NCBI GenBank assembly: GCA_964246845.1
Contig: CAXTSB010000001.1
Coordinates: 9,366 to 73,365, forward strand
Reading direction: 5' to 3'
Source of the DNA: an uncultured Acidobacteriaceae bacterium
GTDB lineage: Bacteria; Acidobacteriota; Terriglobia; Terriglobales; Acidobacteriaceae
Length of the DNA stretch: 64,000 nucleotides
In this document: piece by piece, positions 59,778-64,000 of the stretch
Numbering within the stretch: the stretch's first letter is position 1
How the letters are laid out: each line of letters opens with the position of its first letter
The notes under the pieces: generated by a model
Seen by the model: only the letters and a program-made list of their open reading frames with translations
Told to the model about the DNA's origin: nothing
The model's database searches: none
Made by a program: the position numbers and the translations under genes

Positions 59778-60269
59778 ATGCGCCATCGCAAAGCAGGCTT
59801 CAAACTCGGACGCAAAACCCCGCACCGCCGCGCGCTCCTGCGCAACCTGACCACGTCCATTCTGATGGAAGACCGGGTCGAGACCACGGTGACCAAGGCC
59901 AAGGCTGTGCGGCCCCATGTGGAAAAGATGATCACGCTCGCGAAGCGCGGCGACCTCCACTCCCGCCGCCAAGCGCTTGCCTTCCTGATGACGCGCGAGT
60001 CGGTCACGCGGCTGTTCGACACGGTCGGGCCCCGCTATGGAGACCGTCAGGGCGGCTACCTGCGCATCGTCCGCACGGGTTTCCGCAAGGGCGACGGCGG
60101 CGAAACCGCGCTGATCGAGCTGCTCGGGGCTGAGCAGGTGCTGGACGAGAAGCGCCAAAAGCGCGCCGCCGCCCGGGAAAAGCGTCGGGAAGAGATGCAG
60201 GCCGCCCTCGCCGCGAACGGCCCCACGCCGGGGACGGAAGGCGCGGAGCCGGAGCAAGAACAGGGGTAG
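59778..60269 (+). CDS. rplQ: 50S ribosomal protein L17
   Basis: MRHRKAGFKLGRKTPHRRALLRNL... Confidence 0.98.
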   Translation: MRHRKAGFKLGRKTPHRRALLRNLTTSILMEDRVETTVTKAKAVRPHVEKMITLAKRGDLHSRRQALAFLMTRESVTRLFDTVGPRYGDRQGGYLRIVRTGFRKGDGGETALIELLGAEQVLDEKRQKRAAAREKRREEMQAALAANGPTPGTEGAEPEQEQG

Positions 60270-60282
60270 CTGTTTACTTGGG

Positions 60283-60309
60283 GAAGGCAGTGGCTTCGCC
60301 ACTGCCTTC
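60283..60309. terminator. Bidirectional terminator hairpin between convergent rplQ and the PRTase::propeller gene
   Basis: 11-bp perfect stem GAAGGCAGTGG/CCACTGCCTTC with a 5-nt loop. Confidence 0.7.
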
Positions 60310-60320
60310 TTATGGAAAGA

Positions 60321-62012
60321 TCAGAAAGTACTTTCCCTGAAACAGCTTAAAACGCCGTCATTGGTTAGTGCAAAGAATCGATGGGCATGTTCCGGATCTA
60401 TACCAATTGGCGTCGTCAGTCGCTCATGCAACTGGATATACGACACAACCTCCGACGTCACTGCATCCAGACAATACAACCGGCCTGAAGTTGCGCCCAC
60501 ATACAACTTGTCCCTGATTTTGCGAATCCCGCCAAAGAACTTGCCCAGCAGCTCGGTCCGGCGAAGCAAGACTCCGTCGTCCGCGCTGAACGTGTAAAGG
60601 TGCTTATCCGTAGCCGGCACAAATACCTTATTTCCATCGATCAAGGGCTGAGAGTAGACGGCGTCTTCCGCCTGAGCCGTCCATCGCACACGCGCCTCAG
60701 CCAGTGAATAGGAATAAACCCTGCCGGACAAGTCGCCGAAGACGACCGCATCACGATCGGCATCGTAAGCGGGCGACGACTTTAACGCGCCTTTAAGCCG
60801 AAGGATCGCGCGAATGTACCCGGTATCGGCTTCCAAAATCAGCAGTTCCGCATCATTTGTCCCGCAGCAAACCTGGTTATGCTTCTCAACGTACAAAGGC
60901 GTTCCATGCACCATTCCCGGTACGGCGCACTCCCAGACGCGCTCTCCGGTCTTGAGGTCGAGCGCCACGATACTGCCCTGCTTCGTACCCAAGCTATGCT
61001 CAAGCCCAATCACGATGCGATTGGAAGGTTTAATCCAAGCCGGCGAGGAGCCTACCCAGTCCGCTTCCATAAACTCCCAGTGTAAGTTGCCTGTGGCTTG
61101 GTCCAAGCAATACACATTTCCGTCATAAGCCCCGAAGATCACTGTCCCCTCAGCGAGCAGAGGCGAGGAAAAAATTCCTTTGTCCGACGGAACGGTCTGG
61201 AAAGACCATAGCTCTTGCCCATTCTCGGCATCGACGGCGTAAAAACACCCATTCTCCGCGCCGAAGTAGACAGTACCTTGGTTGACTGCGGGTATTGACT
61301 TCGGGATCACATGAGGACTCCGAACCGGCGTCCCCGGACGAAACTGCCATGTACGATGCCATGAAAAATTTCCCATTTGATCGGTACTCGCGTCATCGAG
61401 AGTAATCCCAAGCTCCTCAAGAGCGAACTCCGTCATCAGAGAGCATCCGGTGTTGATAACCCGTTGCGCGCCGAGATCTCTGTGGAAGTCGACAAGCGCC
61501 CAAAAAAGCGGAACCTGCAATCCGTTGAAGCGCAGGACTTCCATCCCTTGGACAAAGGTTTCGGCACTGTTCAGGATGTCATCGACGAAGATAACCGGCA
61601 GGCCGTTTGGCTCACCCTCGATCGCGCGCATGCGACCGCTGCCCTTGCGCTCTTTACGAATGATAAGCCCGTTAAGAACGGTACCTTCCGCAAACGCGGT
61701 ATGCTGGATGCCCGCCATGAGCGGGATGCCGGTCATCTCCAGGCATGCGAGCTGAAACGGACCGAAGTCTCTGACGGCATCCAGGAAAAGACGACCGACT
61801 CGCTGCATCGACACAGGGTCAAGGAGCAGAACCCTTGTATCGACTAGCCATTGAAGTGCTCTTCCATTTGTACCTGTGAGACATTCTCGATTTTGCCTGA
61901 CTACGCTCCTGCCGATCAGCGAAGCCAGCAAGGCTTCGCGATCGGCAGAAAGGTCATCTTGAGTCAGGTAAGGCGGTGCATCTTGCTTGAAAGACACACT
62001 GGTCTCCTTCAT
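60321..62012 (-). CDS. Phosphoribosyltransferase-like domain fused to a PQQ/BamB-like beta-propeller (563 aa, no signal peptide)
   Basis: N-terminal OPRT-like layout (TGTNGRALQWLVDTRVLLLDP, LEMTGIPLMAG, PRPP-loop-like VIFVDDILNSAET). C-terminal seven to eight repeats of the type YAVDAENGQELW and YCLDQATGNLHW. About 50% GC by eye. Confidence 0.8.
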   Translation of the reverse strand: MKETSVSFKQDAPPYLTQDDLSADREALLASLIGRSVVRQNRECLTGTNGRALQWLVDTRVLLLDPVSMQRVGRLFLDAVRDFGPFQLACLEMTGIPLMAGIQHTAFAEGTVLNGLIIRKERKGSGRMRAIEGEPNGLPVIFVDDILNSAETFVQGMEVLRFNGLQVPLFWALVDFHRDLGAQRVINTGCSLMTEFALEELGITLDDASTDQMGNFSWHRTWQFRPGTPVRSPHVIPKSIPAVNQGTVYFGAENGCFYAVDAENGQELWSFQTVPSDKGIFSSPLLAEGTVIFGAYDGNVYCLDQATGNLHWEFMEADWVGSSPAWIKPSNRIVIGLEHSLGTKQGSIVALDLKTGERVWECAVPGMVHGTPLYVEKHNQVCCGTNDAELLILEADTGYIRAILRLKGALKSSPAYDADRDAVVFGDLSGRVYSYSLAEARVRWTAQAEDAVYSQPLIDGNKVFVPATDKHLYTFSADDGVLLRRTELLGKFFGGIRKIRDKLYVGATSGRLYCLDAVTSEVVSYIQLHERLTTPIGIDPEHAHRFFALTNDGVLSCFRESTF

Positions 62013-62350
62013 TATCTATGACCCAACTGAATACCCATTGCGAAAGCGATACCGATTCCCGCAATTGAGGTGATTGCAGCAAAATTCATCTCCTGCCGCA
62101 ACCGTACGAATTTACTTCGGCTGGTTTCATCAAGATTTGCTTCGATCAGAAAGCTTTTCTTGTTGAGAACAAGAAAGCTGTGCCACGTGGAGATGAGAAA
62201 AAGATAGGCAACAGTAAATGAAACCCATCCTAGAACTCCCGCGTGACTGTGGATCATGCTGATCGGCATGAGAATCCCGATCAGCATGAAGATGCCATTG
62301 CGACCCGTTGTGTTAGTCATGTCGTTCTTATCCGAGGCATTTTTATCCAC
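62012..62350 (-). CDS. Small membrane protein (112 aa, three hydrophobic helices)
   Basis: IFMLIGILMPISMI, VLGWVSFTVAYLFLISTW and AAITSIAGIGIAFAMGI. The stop shares one nt with the downstream ATG (TAATG at 62012). Confidence 0.65.
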   Translation of the reverse strand: MDKNASDKNDMTNTTGRNGIFMLIGILMPISMIHSHAGVLGWVSFTVAYLFLISTWHSFLVLNKKSFLIEANLDETSRSKFVRLRQEMNFAAITSIAGIGIAFAMGIQLGHR

Positions 62351-62388
62351 GGTTCCTCCTGCTTTGGTGAACGATTCTGAATCCTGGT

Positions 62389-63315
62389 CTAAGAAGAAGA
62401 TGTACTTGAGCAGAAAATAGCCTGGTAAGCGGCGATGGCACCTATTCCAGCAATGAAAGCAAGGAGAACCTCAGGCGACAATGATAGGGAGGCCGCCAGA
62501 GCAGCGTAGGTTTTTGGGTCAGCATTCTTAAGGAATTGGTAGCTTAGAGAGGCACCCAAAGCGATGAGCCCATCGATCGCGCGGCATGTATTCACTTGCG
62601 AGATGTAGAGGACATTCTCATAAACTATGTCCCCGTATTGATCTTCGCTCGTATCGGGATCACCCAGCTCGCCCGGTGTTTCACCGCCGTCGCCGCTATA
62701 GCCATCGTCGCCGCCGTTCCCATCGCTGTTCGGAGGCATTGGGCCACCGCAATCGGGAGAAACGGCCATAGCTTCCAAGCGACTACTTGCGACAGGATTG
62801 GTTGCTGCGTCATTGGCGGTGGATAGAAGGCTAGGATGGACTAACAAGCTTTCACTGCTCGTGTAGAGGGCTGGTTCGATATCCCCGCTTTGGGTGGCCT
62901 TTAAAATAGCAAGAGGCTTGACCGGACTGGTGATCTTTACGAGGGGATCCGCTGACCGCCTCTTCATCAAGTTATAAAGACCCACATTGAAAGCTTCGTA
63001 GCCGTATGTGGAATTGAACCGCACCATCATCGCTGACGCAGCTTCGCCGCTCGTCACTTTATTTGCAAGTAGAGCTTGCATCTGTCCGGCGGAGAGACTG
63101 ACGCCTGCCTTGGTGAGGGTATCAAATTCAGACTGGAAGTTGCTCGGATTGTAAGGTGGCAGACCGCTTGTCTTGACTTGGTCCGACGCTAGAGTGTTGA
63201 TCCCCCCTTGCTGCATTTGTTCGAAGATGAATCGCGTTGATGTGGCGAGTTCGCCAGACACGAATGGGTCGTAGTTGGGCGTTTTCTGGAGCTTTGCCAT
63301 TTTCTGGGCGACCAT
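62389..63315 (-). CDS. Hypothetical protein (308 aa as read) with acidic Gly/Asp-rich linker and C-terminal hydrophobic anchor; probably the body of a frameshifted Tat-exported protein
   Basis: Clean low-GC ORF. DGNGGDDGYSGDGGETPGELGDPD linker. C-terminal LLAFIAGIGAIAAYQAIF. The upstream Tat-signal ORF is in another frame. Confidence 0.65.
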   Translation of the reverse strand: MVAQKMAKLQKTPNYDPFVSGELATSTRFIFEQMQQGGINTLASDQVKTSGLPPYNPSNFQSEFDTLTKAGVSLSAGQMQALLANKVTSGEAASAMMVRFNSTYGYEAFNVGLYNLMKRRSADPLVKITSPVKPLAILKATQSGDIEPALYTSSESLLVHPSLLSTANDAATNPVASSRLEAMAVSPDCGGPMPPNSDGNGGDDGYSGDGGETPGELGDPDTSEDQYGDIVYENVLYISQVNTCRAIDGLIALGASLSYQFLKNADPKTYAALAASLSLSPEVLLAFIAGIGAIAAYQAIFCSSTSSS

Positions 63316-63332
63316 AGCGAGAGCTGTCGTCG

Positions 63333-63473
63333 CTATCGTGTTCTGCTTATTCGGGGGGTGGGGGCAGAAGCGTGGGCGAGATTCTGCGCCGAACCCTTTT
63401 CAAGCGCGGCGGGTAGGGTGGAGGCGGCGGCTGCGAAAGCAGTCGCGGAGACAAAGCGGCGACGAGAGATCAT
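63333..63473 (-). pseudogene. 46-codon ORF encoding a twin-arginine signal peptide, out of frame with 62389-63315 across a C5-A-C6 tract
   Basis: Hand translation: MISRRRFVSATAFAAAASTLPAALEKGSAQNLAHASAPTPRISRTR*. The plus-strand tract GGGGGGTGGGGG lies at 63353-63364. One extra C/G would fuse it to the 308-aa ORF. Confidence 0.55.
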
Positions 63474-63714
63474 GGCGCGTGTTCCTCAAGGGGGTTGAGT
63501 GCACTCCGTGGTCTTCATGTATTCATCGTGCCCTGACAAAGGGTCTGGCAATTGCGGGTCAACCGGCGGAGCGTGCTGCGAACAGCGGAGCCAAGTTCTT
63601 CAAAAGCGGGGGAAACAGGCTCTTGCAAAAGTGAAAGAACAATTGCACGTTGCTCGCGGGGCTGTCAAGCCCTGTTTGCGAAACGATGTAGCTCTACGTC
63701 ACTGAAGGCACCCG

Positions 63715-64000
<286 letters not shown>

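Noticed and set aside
60310-63714. Calling the low-GC cassette a mobile element or genomic island with defined ends
   Set aside because: No integrase, transposase, tRNA target or flanking direct or inverted repeats were seen. Only compositional and contextual evidence exists, so it is reported as a finding and not annotated as a mobile_element.

Overview
High-GC (about 65% by eye) bacterial chromosomal window. Protein sequences and intergenic repeat types suggest an Acidobacteriota-like genome; this is inference with no database check. Almost all of the window is housekeeping and falls into six blocks. (1) 1-16.8 kb holds mixed metabolic and regulatory genes: a GT2 glycosyltransferase 3' end, an M1 peptidase, a divergent TetR/SDR pair, P5C dehydrogenase, a LuxR-type regulator, an unusual two-component pair (receiver::Grx-like::TrxR-like fusion plus cNMP-binding histidine kinase), LacI, a ROK kinase and a 2-hydroxyacid dehydrogenase. 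(2) 16.8-24.1 kb on the minus strand is a histidine operon in the order hisI-hisG-(alpha/beta hydrolase)-hisD-hisC-hisB-hisH-hisF-hisA, with a terminator-like leader. (3) 25.3-32.4 kb on the plus strand is an ISC Fe-S operon (iscR-iscS-iscU-iscA-hscB-hscA-fdx-iscX). It carries four extra small genes: two paralogous coiled-coil proteins, a tautomerase-family protein and a 45-aa TM ORF. (4) 32.4-38.2 kb holds yraN, an orphan lower-GC gene, a large Thr/Ser-rich lipoprotein and an S9 peptidase. (5) 38.6-60.3 kb is the complete str-S10-spc-alpha ribosomal superoperon from rpsL to rplQ, including secY, adk, map, infA and the unlisted rpmJ. An unexpected 77-aa coiled-coil ORF sits between rpsC and rplP. 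(6) 60.3-63.7 kb is a clearly lower-GC three-gene minus-strand cassette. It encodes a PRTase::beta-propeller fusion, a 3-TM protein and a Tat-signal protein interrupted at a G6TG5 tract. It lies between rplQ and the 3' end of guaB and is the best candidate for an uncharacterised acquired system. No rRNA, tRNA, CRISPR array, transposase or integrase was seen. Many long ORFs in the track are antisense shadow ORFs typical of high-GC DNA.
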